This document shows, one piece after another, positions 49,166-58,830 of a stretch of DNA of 64,000 bases. A model generated the notes under the pieces. That model saw nothing but the letters and a program-made list of their open reading frames with translations. It searched no databases and was not told where the DNA came from. The DNA lies in the NCBI GenBank assembly GCA_963677485.1, contig OY781964.1, positions 2,688,001-2,752,000 on the forward strand, given 5' to 3'. Position numbers and translations under genes: made by a program. Position 1 is the first letter of the stretch, and each line of letters begins with the position of its first letter. This stretch comes from Armatimonadota bacterium (GTDB lineage: Bacteria > Armatimonadota > HRBIN16).

Positions 49166-50383
49166 TTAGAGCACCAGGTCTGGATTACCAGGTCCGAAGT
49201 GCTTCAACATGACGATGGGATCGGACAGCGAGGGGTTGGTGATGCTCACCCCTGACTTGGCGGCCTCTTCACTCACGAAATACTCATCGCAGGTCAGTTG
49301 GCCGTACCGAATCAGTGCAGGCGACTCGATGTCCCACACGCCCATTTTGCCATGACCCTGCAATACGATCAAACCATACGCGGCGGCATCTTTGATCACG
49401 ACAGAGCGTCCGGGCAGCACAGTCAGCTCCTTCGCCGAGTAGGCGGTGTTGCGGTAACAAATCCAGTTTTCGATGTAGCCTTCAGTGTTCATCTCATCCA
49501 GGCCCCGAACAGGTTTGGGCCGCATGAAGTGATTCTGTGCGAACTCAGGATCGAGGTTCGCCTCCCAGTCGATCACCTCCATGAGGTAGTCAAAATCGCC
49601 TAGGCGGTCTGCTGGCGTGTTCTTCCACAATAGCTCCTCAGCGATGATCTGGTCGCCGACCAGCGACTGGTACATCGCGAATACATCCGATGCGGTTTGA
49701 GGCTCGTAGGTGCAGAGGCTGCCCGGGGCGTGCAGAATACCGGGTGGGACATCCCAGCCCGTGCCGGGTTCCAGCCGATAGGCTTTCGAGAGGTTGGTGA
49801 TCTTATTGTCGCCCCTGGTGAAGTTCACCAGTGCCTGCCGCACCTGCTCTTTGCTGGTGCCAGGTTCAAAACCAAAGAAAGTATATGGGAAATCGGCTCC
49901 GTAGTTGTTGAGCTGGGTTGGGAAGAAGTAGGCTTCGGGCTTCCCCATCTGGCCGATCAGCGCCGCATGTTGGTTTCTGTGATGGATATGGTGTGGGAGA
50001 GGGCCTTTGTTGTCGAAAAACTTGGAGAACATGGGCCACTTTCCGAATTTGCTCCAGAGACGCTCACCGATGACAGCTGCCTGCAGCTCGTTGATGACAT
50101 CGAGGAGCCGAACCTGCTCGGTCTTCCCATCATGCTCCAGCACCACAAAACTGAGGCCCTCGTCCTGACCGGTGTCGGGGCCGTTGTCAGCCATCGTGGT
50201 TGAGGAGAACCAGCGTTCATCGATGCCGCCCCGTGCCCCACCCAGCGCGTAGTAGTCATCGGGGTGAAGCTTGATGCGTCTGCCGGGCACGCAGAACGAC
50301 CTCGGCACCCAGTTGGGAGCCAGTCTCAGAATACCCTTCCCGTCGTCCATCGCCGCCTGAGCCAGGAACCGTGTGCTCGCCAT
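49166..50383 (-). CDS. Cupin protein, class I mannose-6-phosphate isomerase-like
   Basis: ERW, PLPHHIH, GKPEAY, PGILHAPG and YEPQ..SD motifs; GGAGG RBS. Confidence 0.75.
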   Translation of the reverse strand: MASTRFLAQAAMDDGKGILRLAPNWVPRSFCVPGRRIKLHPDDYYALGGARGGIDERWFSSTTMADNGPDTGQDEGLSFVVLEHDGKTEQVRLLDVINELQAAVIGERLWSKFGKWPMFSKFFDNKGPLPHHIHHRNQHAALIGQMGKPEAYFFPTQLNNYGADFPYTFFGFEPGTSKEQVRQALVNFTRGDNKITNLSKAYRLEPGTGWDVPPGILHAPGSLCTYEPQTASDVFAMYQSLVGDQIIAEELLWKNTPADRLGDFDYLMEVIDWEANLDPEFAQNHFMRPKPVRGLDEMNTEGYIENWICYRNTAYSAKELTVLPGRSVVIKDAAAYGLIVLQGHGKMGVWDIESPALIRYGQLTCDEYFVSEEAAKSGVSITNPSLSDPIVMLKHFGPGNPDLVL

Positions 50384-50527
50384 ACCGATATCCTCCATCT
50401 CACTCGCAGGGTAGAGGTCGTGGAGATTGTGAACCGCCCCTCTGTGACCACTGTGGTTATCTTTCAGTTAGTTCGTGATGGACTGGTCATGTTCCTCTAT
50501 GTGCGATGTTCTGTAGCTGATGCTATC

Positions 50528-50750
50528 GTAGGGGCCACCCTTGTGGTGGCCCTAATCATTGTTCATTCGGTAGTGATTGTTTAGGGCGCCCACAAGGGAC
50601 GCGCCTACGACCAGCTACATACAAGCGCCAACGCAACCCCTGGAAACATCCTTACCCATAGACGGTGTCTTTCCCATTCCTGATCTGGGGCAACCACGGG
50701 GGGATTGCCCCTACCGTGGAAGACATGGACACGGCACGCCATGTCCCTAC
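50528..50750. repeat. GTAG-type REP-like palindrome cluster
   Basis: GTAGGGGCCACCCTTGTGGTGGCCC / GGGCGCCCACAAGGGACGCGCCTAC inverted pair, plus GGGGCAACCACGGGGGATTGCCCCTAC. Confidence 0.8.
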
Positions 50751-52867
50751 CCCATCTGTGGATACAGCTTCAGGCCATACACGGTCACGGTGTCCTGCGG
50801 ACGCAGCTTCTGCAGCGGGCAGCTCAAACTAATGGGCAGCCGACCTTGGGAATCGGCGCGGGCGGTGACGATGAGCTGCTGCTGGCGTGGGTGCTTGATC
50901 GCGGTGCATTTGGCCACACCGGACCCAGTGCCCGCCTTCAACTCGAGCCGGGTGAAGCGGTGCGCCATCTTGACATCAGCATACACGCTATACCGCTTGC
51001 CCGGTTGAAGTCCGCTCAGCATACACTGCATACCGCCCGATTTACTGGGGTGGAGCACTATCTGTTGGCCAGATATCTGCGCACCGGCCTGCCGCCAGCC
51101 GGAGGCGGTCAGGGCGAGTTCCGGCTGTTTGAGCGGCTTGATGGGCAGCACCACTTGCAGAAGCGCACTGCCGAATGCGGGCAGCACACCCTCCCACTCC
51201 GCCTGACCGTTCTTCACGGTGAGGGTGATTCTCTGGCTGGGCTTGAATGCTGACTTCAGCTTGTACTTGGGCGAGAGTCGTGCCCACTGCGCCCAGCCAG
51301 CGTTATCCACCGTCGCTCGGATGTCGATGGCCAGCGGCATGTATTTAGGCGCCAGCTTGATATCGCGGCCCAAGTGACCGCCATTCGGACCCAGCTCGTA
51401 TGGGATGTTGTAGCGCTGCCGGTCTTGCAGCCATTCCGTCCACCAGTTGTTGTGCTTTTCGTCTATGAGGTACAACTCGGCCTGAAGCGGTCCGTTCGCT
51501 ATCGGCAGGTGGTCGAGTTTCAAGCTCACGGGTTCATCACCGGTGGCGGAGATGCCTTCGCGCAGATGCACCATCAGGCAGCGCAGCACAGTGGACTTGT
51601 CGTGCTGCACATACGCCCCCAGGCGCACATCGGCCTCAGGGTTCAGCTCCTGACCAGCCTGGCTGACCGGCAGCACGCGGCTGCCCTCCAGCATCTTGCT
51701 GATTCGGATGGCATGGAAAACCGGCGGATGCACGGCGTGGTAGTACAGCAGACCCAGATCACCGGTGGTCAGCGCATAGCGGTTCCAGGCCAGCACCACG
51801 TTGGGCTGCTGCCCCGCGCAGATGTTCTTCATATTGTATAACGCGGCCCCACGCTGTTCTGCAAAGTCCGTTTCAGCTGCACAAACCTGCCCGTTCTTGT
51901 CGGTACCGCCGTATGAATCGAAATACCCATACTCCGGCATGTGGATTTCCAGTGCCGAGAGCTGTGGGTACTTCGCGGTGAGCGCGTTCAGGTAATCCGA
52001 CTTCCACTTCATTCCCGCGGCGAAGGTCATGCCGATGGAGGCTTTCGGGTTCTTGCGTTTGATCGGCGAGAAGGGGTTGATCCAGTCCTCGCTGAGCACT
52101 GTCCAGTCGCTGAAGCCAAACCAGCCGATGTTGGTGCCTTTTTTACCCGTGGCGTAATTGGTGCCCTCGGCCCAGTGCTTCACATAATCCTCAGCCTGGC
52201 CAGGGAAGGCGTAGTAGCATCCCATATAGAGCTGACTGCCCAGCACCTGCTCCGCGGCATCGATCCAGTAGTCCATCATCTTGATGCACTCTCGGCGGTT
52301 ATCCGATTCATTCATCAGCGTCTGCGTACCGGGGATGACGCACTTAATCTGCCAGTCCATCTCAATGCCGAACAGGAACGTCCAGTTGCGCACCGCATCG
52401 CGGCTGTAGGTGTCCGCCAGCCACTGGAACATGCTCTTCAAGTAAGTGTGCCACTTGGGGTAGCTGTTGGGCTGCCGCACAGGGTAGCCGTATTCGGCGG
52501 TGACATGCCCGCCTTCCATCAACGGGGCGGGCATTGAAGGAGTGCCCATCACCAGTAACGGGGTCAGACCCCAGCGCAGCGTGGTGTCGAAAAACGCCTT
52601 ATGCGCGGGTGTGGGTGTATATACGATGTCGCCCGCGCTGTTCGTGGCCCAGGGCGTGGTGCGCGCCGATGAGCTATCCTCGGCGAACCATCCGAAGCCG
52701 TAGCGCTGGGTGCCCTCAAAGCGCGTCACCGCGTAGTTATTCGGTGGGTTCGGCTCATCGTAGAAGGCGTTGCTTTGCACCGCCTGGGGCACATGCCGGA
52801 AGAGCATCCCCCCATTCAACTGACCGCCGCAATCGACGATGAACTGACATCCGTTAGGGTTGGGCAT
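50747..52867 (-). CDS. Glycoside hydrolase, GH39-like (uncertain)
   Basis: P..Y.KW..Y.......L...Y....VR.W pattern, IHMPEYG nucleophile-like motif, IDEKHNN..TEW; TATAAT and GAGGTG upstream of ATG at 52867. Confidence 0.6.
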   Translation of the reverse strand: MPNPNGCQFIVDCGGQLNGGMLFRHVPQAVQSNAFYDEPNPPNNYAVTRFEGTQRYGFGWFAEDSSSARTTPWATNSAGDIVYTPTPAHKAFFDTTLRWGLTPLLVMGTPSMPAPLMEGGHVTAEYGYPVRQPNSYPKWHTYLKSMFQWLADTYSRDAVRNWTFLFGIEMDWQIKCVIPGTQTLMNESDNRRECIKMMDYWIDAAEQVLGSQLYMGCYYAFPGQAEDYVKHWAEGTNYATGKKGTNIGWFGFSDWTVLSEDWINPFSPIKRKNPKASIGMTFAAGMKWKSDYLNALTAKYPQLSALEIHMPEYGYFDSYGGTDKNGQVCAAETDFAEQRGAALYNMKNICAGQQPNVVLAWNRYALTTGDLGLLYYHAVHPPVFHAIRISKMLEGSRVLPVSQAGQELNPEADVRLGAYVQHDKSTVLRCLMVHLREGISATGDEPVSLKLDHLPIANGPLQAELYLIDEKHNNWWTEWLQDRQRYNIPYELGPNGGHLGRDIKLAPKYMPLAIDIRATVDNAGWAQWARLSPKYKLKSAFKPSQRITLTVKNGQAEWEGVLPAFGSALLQVVLPIKPLKQPELALTASGWRQAGAQISGQQIVLHPSKSGGMQCMLSGLQPGKRYSVYADVKMAHRFTRLELKAGTGSGVAKCTAIKHPRQQQLIVTARADSQGRLPISLSCPLQKLRPQDTVTVYGLKLYPQMG

Positions 52868-53089
52868 TCGGCACCTCATGAGTGGTTTGGTATTGTATTG
52901 ATTATAACCGAAGGAGGAAGGAGAGGAGGAGACAGAAGAAAGGAGACGGGAGTCAGGAGGGGAGGGGATGAAGATGCTGCGTGTGTATGTGTGCGTGGAA
53001 CAAACTGTCATCGATCGAAATACAGGTATAATAGGACGATCCTTCAAGGGTAAGGCAGCACGTACATGAAAGCAGAATGAGGTATACCC

Positions 53090-53464
53090 ATGTCGACACC
53101 GGCCCAATCATTTACTGATTTAATTGTGTGGCAGAAGGCACATGCATTTGTGTTGACCATCTATGAACTATCCAACGCATTTCCGAAAACCGAGGTTTTT
53201 GGGCTCACATCGCAATTACGTCGAGCTGCAATATCAATTCCGGCTAATATCGCTGAAGGGTTCAAGAAACAAACACAACTCGATAAAGCCCGATTTATGA
53301 ATACCGCGGAAGGTTCGCTAGAGGAGTGTCGATACTATTTGATATTAGCTCATGATCTTGGTTATCTAGACAAAACTATCGCGTGGGAGCAGAGTACGGA
53401 AGTAGCACGGTTACTTAACAGTTACCGGATGGCGATCATGAGCAAGATACCATCAAAGCGTTAA
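53090..53464 (+). CDS. Four helix bundle protein (23S rRNA IVP/Avd-like family)
   Basis: FTDLIVWQKA, FPKTEVFGLTSQLRRAAISIPANIAEG and GSLEE.RY.L.LA.DLGY motifs. Confidence 0.93.
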   Translation: MSTPAQSFTDLIVWQKAHAFVLTIYELSNAFPKTEVFGLTSQLRRAAISIPANIAEGFKKQTQLDKARFMNTAEGSLEECRYYLILAHDLGYLDKTIAWEQSTEVARLLNSYRMAIMSKIPSKR

Positions 53465-53483
53465 GGCCTGTCAACTTAGGCAT

Positions 53484-53582
<99 letters not shown>

Positions 53583-54569
53583 CTAGCGGCTGGCGAGGGC
53601 GGCGTTGAGAGCATTGATAAGTTTTCCCGAGGTGAAGTCAGGATATCTCACAAACTCATCACCCTTGCGGTCATATACGATAGACGTGAACAAGCTGTTG
53701 ATGCCGTAACGTCCGCTGATCACCGGGTCCATGCTGTAAGAAACTACCAGCGTATTCACCTTGTTTTTAAACCGGTCCAACAACTCGTTTTGCACCATCA
53801 CCAGCGGCCTAAGGTCACCGCGCGGGGCTGTGAAGAATACTACGCTGGGCTTATGGCTGCGGCGCGCCGCATCGATCTGGCGAATTTCACTGCGGTCGAT
53901 CAGTTTTGTATAGATGGAGCTCGCCCATTTTCTATCGAGCTCGATTCGACAACGCTGTCCCATCAACTGGAAGTAGTCGAAAAGCATCCTGGACTTTTTG
54001 CGCTGATAGACGAAGTCATTGGCATCTATGATCTTCTGGGCCAGGTTGGTATCAAGGTCAACCTGCCTTTTGACGTAAAGCGCGTTCAGCATCTCTACCG
54101 AATTGACTTCTATGGAGGAGTATAAATGCTGGAAATAGGCACTCTGAAGCATGTCGAGAGGAGCGTCAGGGGCTATTTTGTTGGCTGCAGCCCATTGGCG
54201 TGCTTCTCCAAGCTCAAAAGTCTTCATGCATTTTGTTTCCAGTATCATGGGAAGCCGTACTTCAACACGCCGAAGCATTGAGGGGTCTTGGATCTGCTCT
54301 ACACCCAGCTCGCTCTCCTTCACCACTAGCTTACCCGAACGCGCCAGCACGCCATCGGGCAGATCGGCTAAGATGGCGGTGGTGAGTCCAGAAGAGAACA
54401 TGCCAGGAAAACTCAACTCGGTTTGGCTGGGAGGTATGTAGCCGGAGTTGCTGTCGATGACCGCGATTTGGGCCGCAATGATGATCCCTGCAAGCATGCC
54501 GACCAAGCTTGCAGAAACTATGCCGACTATATGGTTCTGTGGTTGAGGTGCTTCATCATTCATCATCAT
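53583..54569 (-). CDS. Membrane-anchored hypothetical protein with C-terminal thioredoxin-like fold lacking CxxC
   Basis: N-terminal TM; KPSVVFFTA...RYGINS...IVYDRKG. Confidence 0.55.
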   Translation of the reverse strand: MMMNDEAPQPQNHIVGIVSASLVGMLAGIIIAAQIAVIDSNSGYIPPSQTELSFPGMFSSGLTTAILADLPDGVLARSGKLVVKESELGVEQIQDPSMLRRVEVRLPMILETKCMKTFELGEARQWAAANKIAPDAPLDMLQSAYFQHLYSSIEVNSVEMLNALYVKRQVDLDTNLAQKIIDANDFVYQRKKSRMLFDYFQLMGQRCRIELDRKWASSIYTKLIDRSEIRQIDAARRSHKPSVVFFTAPRGDLRPLVMVQNELLDRFKNKVNTLVVSYSMDPVISGRYGINSLFTSIVYDRKGDEFVRYPDFTSGKLINALNAALASR

Positions 54570-55884
54570 TCCCTGCCTGGTCGGGAGGACTGTTCATCAA
54601 ACTGACGAGACACTGCGCTACACCATGTCCTTCGACTTTTGTAACCACGAACTCCAGGTTTTCGTATACCACACGGTCATTCATTTCCGGTGGCCTACCC
54701 AGCAGTGTTAACACCAGCCCACTGACCGAATCCACTTCTTCATGTTCAAGGTCGCAGCCTAGACGTTCCCCAAGTTCATCCAGCCTAACCGTGCCCTCTG
54801 CCAGTACTTGCTGTGTTCCTGCATTAAGTATAGCATCTGGGTTATCATTTCCTTCATCTATTTCGCCAACCAGTTCGGCAAACAGGTCACCGGTGGTCAC
54901 CACCCCGGCGGTACCGCCGTGTTCATCCATCACCACAACCAACTGGGTTCTGGTGACGCGCATGCGTTCCAGCACCGCTTCCAGCTCTGTGGTTTCAGGA
55001 ATGAATGGCGCTTCACGTATCATGTCACGGTTAAGCGGTTGCTCTGTGACAATCAGCCTGAGCACATCCTTGATATGCACCACCCCTATGATATGGTCCA
55101 GATCACCTTCATACACCGGATACCGTGTGTGCTGGTTTTCGGCTACCAGTTGTCGGAGCTGCTCATTGCTGGCATCCACCGGCAGGCCATCGATGTGAAC
55201 CCTCGGCACCATTACCTCACCAGCGGTCAGCTCCCCAAACTCAAACAGCTCCCGCATCACCTGACCGGCTTCACCATGCAGCAGCCCTTCAGCCTGGCTT
55301 TCCTGCACGATGAGTTCCAGCTCTTCCGGTGTGTGGTAGTAGTTGGTGTTGATCTGCCGTTTGACGCCAAACAGCCGCAGGATCAGGTTACCCAGCGAAT
55401 TCAACAGCCATACTAGAGGGGACAGAACCCTGTAGATCGCCACCATGATGGGTGCCACCGTAAGAGCAGTCTTCTCCGCACTGTCCAATGCCAGCGACTT
55501 TGGCACCATCTCGCCCAGCACGATGTGCAGGAAGGTCAACAACGCCATTGATAGTATGCTGCTGATGGTATGCACAACCACCCAGTCGGGCATGGTGACC
55601 GCATGCAGCAAGTTGGCGATGCCCGTGGCTAGTACGTGCTCACCATACATACCAAGCCCCAGGCTGGCGATGGTGATGCCAATCTGCGCCGTCGCCAGAT
55701 AGCGGTCTTGACGGATGGTGCTCTGCAGCACACGCAAAACCAGTTTAGCGCCGGAATGACCGTCAGCCGCATTCGTCTCAATGGTTGCGCGGGAGACTCC
55801 GACAATAGAGAACTCCGCGATGACGAAAAGGGCATTGAGCAGGATTAAAACTGCGATGATGAGGGTAGGAATGAGCACACTCAT
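54556..55884 (-). CDS. HlyC/CorC (CNNM-CBS-CorC) family transporter
   Basis: AEFS, QIGIT, GEMVPK, VMVPR, HTRYPVY and VMDEHGG motifs. Confidence 0.92.
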   Translation of the reverse strand: MSVLIPTLIIAVLILLNALFVIAEFSIVGVSRATIETNAADGHSGAKLVLRVLQSTIRQDRYLATAQIGITIASLGLGMYGEHVLATGIANLLHAVTMPDWVVVHTISSILSMALLTFLHIVLGEMVPKSLALDSAEKTALTVAPIMVAIYRVLSPLVWLLNSLGNLILRLFGVKRQINTNYYHTPEELELIVQESQAEGLLHGEAGQVMRELFEFGELTAGEVMVPRVHIDGLPVDASNEQLRQLVAENQHTRYPVYEGDLDHIIGVVHIKDVLRLIVTEQPLNRDMIREAPFIPETTELEAVLERMRVTRTQLVVVMDEHGGTAGVVTTGDLFAELVGEIDEGNDNPDAILNAGTQQVLAEGTVRLDELGERLGCDLEHEEVDSVSGLVLTLLGRPPEMNDRVVYENLEFVVTKVEGHGVAQCLVSLMNSPPDQAGNDDE

Positions 55885-57191
55885 GATTTCTCATCCTCTT
55901 TCTCATCACTCGCGACCGGCTTGACAATCACCCAGGTGATCACATTATCTTCCACGCTCTCCACTGTGGCCTCTGTACCATCAATGATCAGCACTTGCCC
56001 CGCCTGAGGGATATCACCCAGCTCCTCCATCACACGTCCTGCGACTGTGTGGGCCTGACCCTGCCATTCCACGCCGATATACTCGGATACCTCATCAATG
56101 CTCATCAGACCAGGCAGTCTCACTCTGCCGTCCGGAAGCACCACCGGCTCGGGATCGGCCTCTTTGAACTCATCGGCCATATCGCCTAATAGCTCACCCA
56201 GCACATCCTCCAGTGTGACCAAACCCTCCATGTCGGAGTATTCGTTGATCACAATCAACATATTAGTGCGCTTTTGACGCATCATAGTAAGCAGCCGCTC
56301 TACCGTCACGTTCTCCAGCACATACTGGACAGGTTTCAGCAGGCTTTCGATCGGAGGCATTTCGCCGCTTTGCAGCAGATGGTTCACGACATCTTTGGTA
56401 TGCACAATCCCTACGATATGGTCCATATCCTCGCGATAGGCGGGAAGCCTTGAAAAGGGGCTGTCTAGAATCTGCTGCCAGAGCTGTGTTTGGGGGTTTG
56501 ATAGATCGATGAACTCCACCTGACGGGTGGGCACCATGATCTGGTTCACATTCCGCATTCCGAACTGAAGGGCTTGATGCAAGCGCTGATGCTCATCGGG
56601 CTCAAGATAACCGCCGTCCCGGCTATCCACCAGCAGCATGTCGATCTCTTCGGGGCTGTGAATATGGTGGTGGCTGCCAGGGGTGTGTCCCATCAACCTC
56701 AAAATGAAGTGTCCGCAGCCATTCAGCACACGGATGGAGCCGCCGAAAAGAACCAAACTCCAACGCATCGGCCAGTAGGTGGCCATTGCTACCCGTAGAG
56801 TATATTGCAGGGCGAGTGATTTTGGGATCAGTTCAGCCACGAGTACTTGCGTCACCGTCATGACCACCAATACCGTCAATGCAGAGACGGAGGCAGTGGC
56901 GTGGGTGATGCCGAGTGATTGATACCAGGGTTGTAGAAGTCCAGAGAGGCGCGCCTGACTGTATGCGCCTAATACCAGGCTTGTAAGGGTAATACCAACC
57001 TGACAGGCCGCAATATAGCGGTCCAGGTGCAGTGGGCTGTCGATTTCGGCAAATAGCCGCGAAGCCATTGTGTTGCCTTGTAAGCTGAGTTGTCGCAGTT
57101 GAGTTTTTCGCACGCTCACGGCTGCGAATTCAGCCGCGACATACACCGCGTTGGCGGCGATGAGCAGTGCTACCACAATAAATTCTGTCAT
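55881..57191 (-). CDS. HlyC/CorC (CNNM-CBS-CorC) family transporter
   Basis: AAEFA, CQVGIT, AELIPK, FSRLP and GLVTLED motifs. Confidence 0.92.
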   Translation of the reverse strand: MTEFIVVALLIAANAVYVAAEFAAVSVRKTQLRQLSLQGNTMASRLFAEIDSPLHLDRYIAACQVGITLTSLVLGAYSQARLSGLLQPWYQSLGITHATASVSALTVLVVMTVTQVLVAELIPKSLALQYTLRVAMATYWPMRWSLVLFGGSIRVLNGCGHFILRLMGHTPGSHHHIHSPEEIDMLLVDSRDGGYLEPDEHQRLHQALQFGMRNVNQIMVPTRQVEFIDLSNPQTQLWQQILDSPFSRLPAYREDMDHIVGIVHTKDVVNHLLQSGEMPPIESLLKPVQYVLENVTVERLLTMMRQKRTNMLIVINEYSDMEGLVTLEDVLGELLGDMADEFKEADPEPVVLPDGRVRLPGLMSIDEVSEYIGVEWQGQAHTVAGRVMEELGDIPQAGQVLIIDGTEATVESVEDNVITWVIVKPVASDEKEDEKS

Positions 57192-57429
57192 ATCAGAAAA
57201 GGCTGCCAGCCTAAGTGGTCGTCTATGTCTTCTTCCATGCTACTCATTATACATCATATGAACACGGATACCTCTCAAATGTAAGCGTATTTCATCCGAT
57301 GTTGATGGCAGTGTGGCTGCCTTATTGTGATATATTCCGAAAACTAGTATTTTTGCGAACACTGCCTGGGGTACTAAATTGTTAAAATCTCAATGGTATG
57401 GTCCATCATGTATTAATATGGGGGGATTT

Positions 57430-57738
57430 ATGGCCATCTACTGGGGATTCATCTGCGGGATACTCTCTTCGAATTTGACGGAAGCCGGCAGCACGGGGCT
57501 GTTGTTCGGAGTATACGCAGTCTGCGAAGTGCTTTGGCGTATGAGGCATCTGCTGTTTAGGTCCGAGCATCACATCATTCATAGCGCCGCTTACGATCCT
57601 GCTGTTGGTCAGGCCTTGCTTCATGTACGGCACGCGTTCCGCGACTGGACATTCTATCTCTACCTCGGGCTGCGTCACGGGGCCATCGCCAGTGTCGCGT
57701 CTATCGTCGTCTGGGGCATCAAGCACGTCGCTAGCTGA
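57430..57738 (+). CDS. Hypothetical membrane protein
   Basis: GGGGGA RBS; hydrophobic segments; fills an intergenic gap. Confidence 0.4.
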   Translation: MAIYWGFICGILSSNLTEAGSTGLLFGVYAVCEVLWRMRHLLFRSEHHIIHSAAYDPAVGQALLHVRHAFRDWTFYLYLGLRHGAIASVASIVVWGIKHVAS

Positions 57739-57746
57739 CAAGGCGG

Positions 57747-58271
57747 CTACTCGCGTAAAGCCATCTCTCTTTTCAGTTTGCTCGCCCTGCGCCAGTAAGA
57801 CATAAAAAGCTTGGCAAAAATGGCTGTGAACACTACGCCTATGCTCACAGGTGCCAGCATCTCATGTTGGTAGTTCATGACGCCAAAGACCGCTATCGCG
57901 AATTCGATGATGGCGATAGTTCCGATCAATGTCATGATCCTCTGGTAGTGCTTCAGCCGCGATGGCAGATCAGTATATAGATCAAATGGTCCGTCGGTGC
58001 TTCTACGGCGGAAATAGGCCCACCGCCAGTAGGTGTCCACGCACTCAGCGCCTGTCTCCTCCACGAACTTGATATACGCCTGGCCTTCTATATGCGATGG
58101 AAGGTTGTCCATCAGCTCGATACGATAGGTATATTCCCCAGGTTCACCCTCTTCGAACAGATACTGGGGTACGCAGTAACTGATGAACTGGTAGCCTTTT
58201 GCCGCCATCTCATTGAGCCATTTTTCCTCTTTCTCAAAGTCCAGAAAGAGCCGAGTGACTTTATGTCTCAT
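57747..58271 (-). CDS. DUF2812 family membrane protein
   Basis: EEKWLNEMAAKG..Y.FE.GEP..Y.YR..W.YFR motifs; downstream of PadR. Confidence 0.85.
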   Translation of the reverse strand: MRHKVTRLFLDFEKEEKWLNEMAAKGYQFISYCVPQYLFEEGEPGEYTYRIELMDNLPSHIEGQAYIKFVEETGAECVDTYWRWAYFRRRSTDGPFDLYTDLPSRLKHYQRIMTLIGTIAIIEFAIAVFGVMNYQHEMLAPVSIGVVFTAIFAKLFMSYWRRASKLKREMALRE

Positions 58272-58594
58272 TGACTTCCTCCAATGATTGTTCTGCTGTG
58301 ATCAAGTAGCTGCTGCAAACGAATCACCTCATCAAGCATGATCTGATGCCCTGCCGGGGTGATTTCATACTCCTTCTTGCGGCTGCTGTCCGAGGCGCGC
58401 AACGCGCGGATCCACCCTTTTTCGAGCAGCGTACTGACCGCGCCGTAGAGGGTGCCCGGACCCAGTTGCACACGCTCTGCGGTCATCTCCTTCACAAACT
58501 GCATGATGCCGTAACCATGCATAGGTGTATGAAGTGCTAATAACACATAGAACACCGCTTCGGTCAGTGCGCCGCGGTCCGTGCTTTCAGGCAT
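58268..58594 (-). CDS. PadR family transcriptional regulator
   Basis: LTEAVFYVLLAL, HGYGIM, GPGTLYG and RKKEYEIT motifs. Confidence 0.92.
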   Translation of the reverse strand: MPESTDRGALTEAVFYVLLALHTPMHGYGIMQFVKEMTAERVQLGPGTLYGAVSTLLEKGWIRALRASDSSRKKEYEITPAGHQIMLDEVIRLQQLLDHSRTIIGGSQ

Positions 58595-58618
58595 TTGGTG
58601 TCCCCCTCCATCTGGTAG

Positions 58619-58687
58619 TATCGTCAGGCGATATATCGGCTGACGATATATATATCAAGTATATCGGCTGACGATATACTGTGTCAA
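58619..58687 (-). promoter_or_regulatory. Promoter with three palindromic PadR operator sites
   Basis: TATCG-N5-CGATA at 58619, 58634 and 58662; minus-strand TTGACA-18 bp-TATACT overlaps the third site. Confidence 0.75.
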
Positions 58688-58830
58688 TACTTTGCGGGTG
58701 ATATTTCAAAATCCGTCATCGATGAAGGCCAATCCAATGATTTGTTGCCTGCACTGTAGCTGCCGTGTTAGCATAGCAGTAGTCAACTACAATTGCTGTG
58801 CCCAGGCATACACAAGAGAGGTTTCGCACG

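Noticed and set aside
52868-53107. N-terminal extension of the 786-aa ORF
   Set aside because: It runs through a repeat tract and overlaps the four-helix gene; a -10 box and RBS support a start at 52867.
53090-53464. Diversity-generating retroelement or 23S rRNA intervening sequence
   Set aside because: No reverse transcriptase, TR/VR pair or rRNA sequence in the window.
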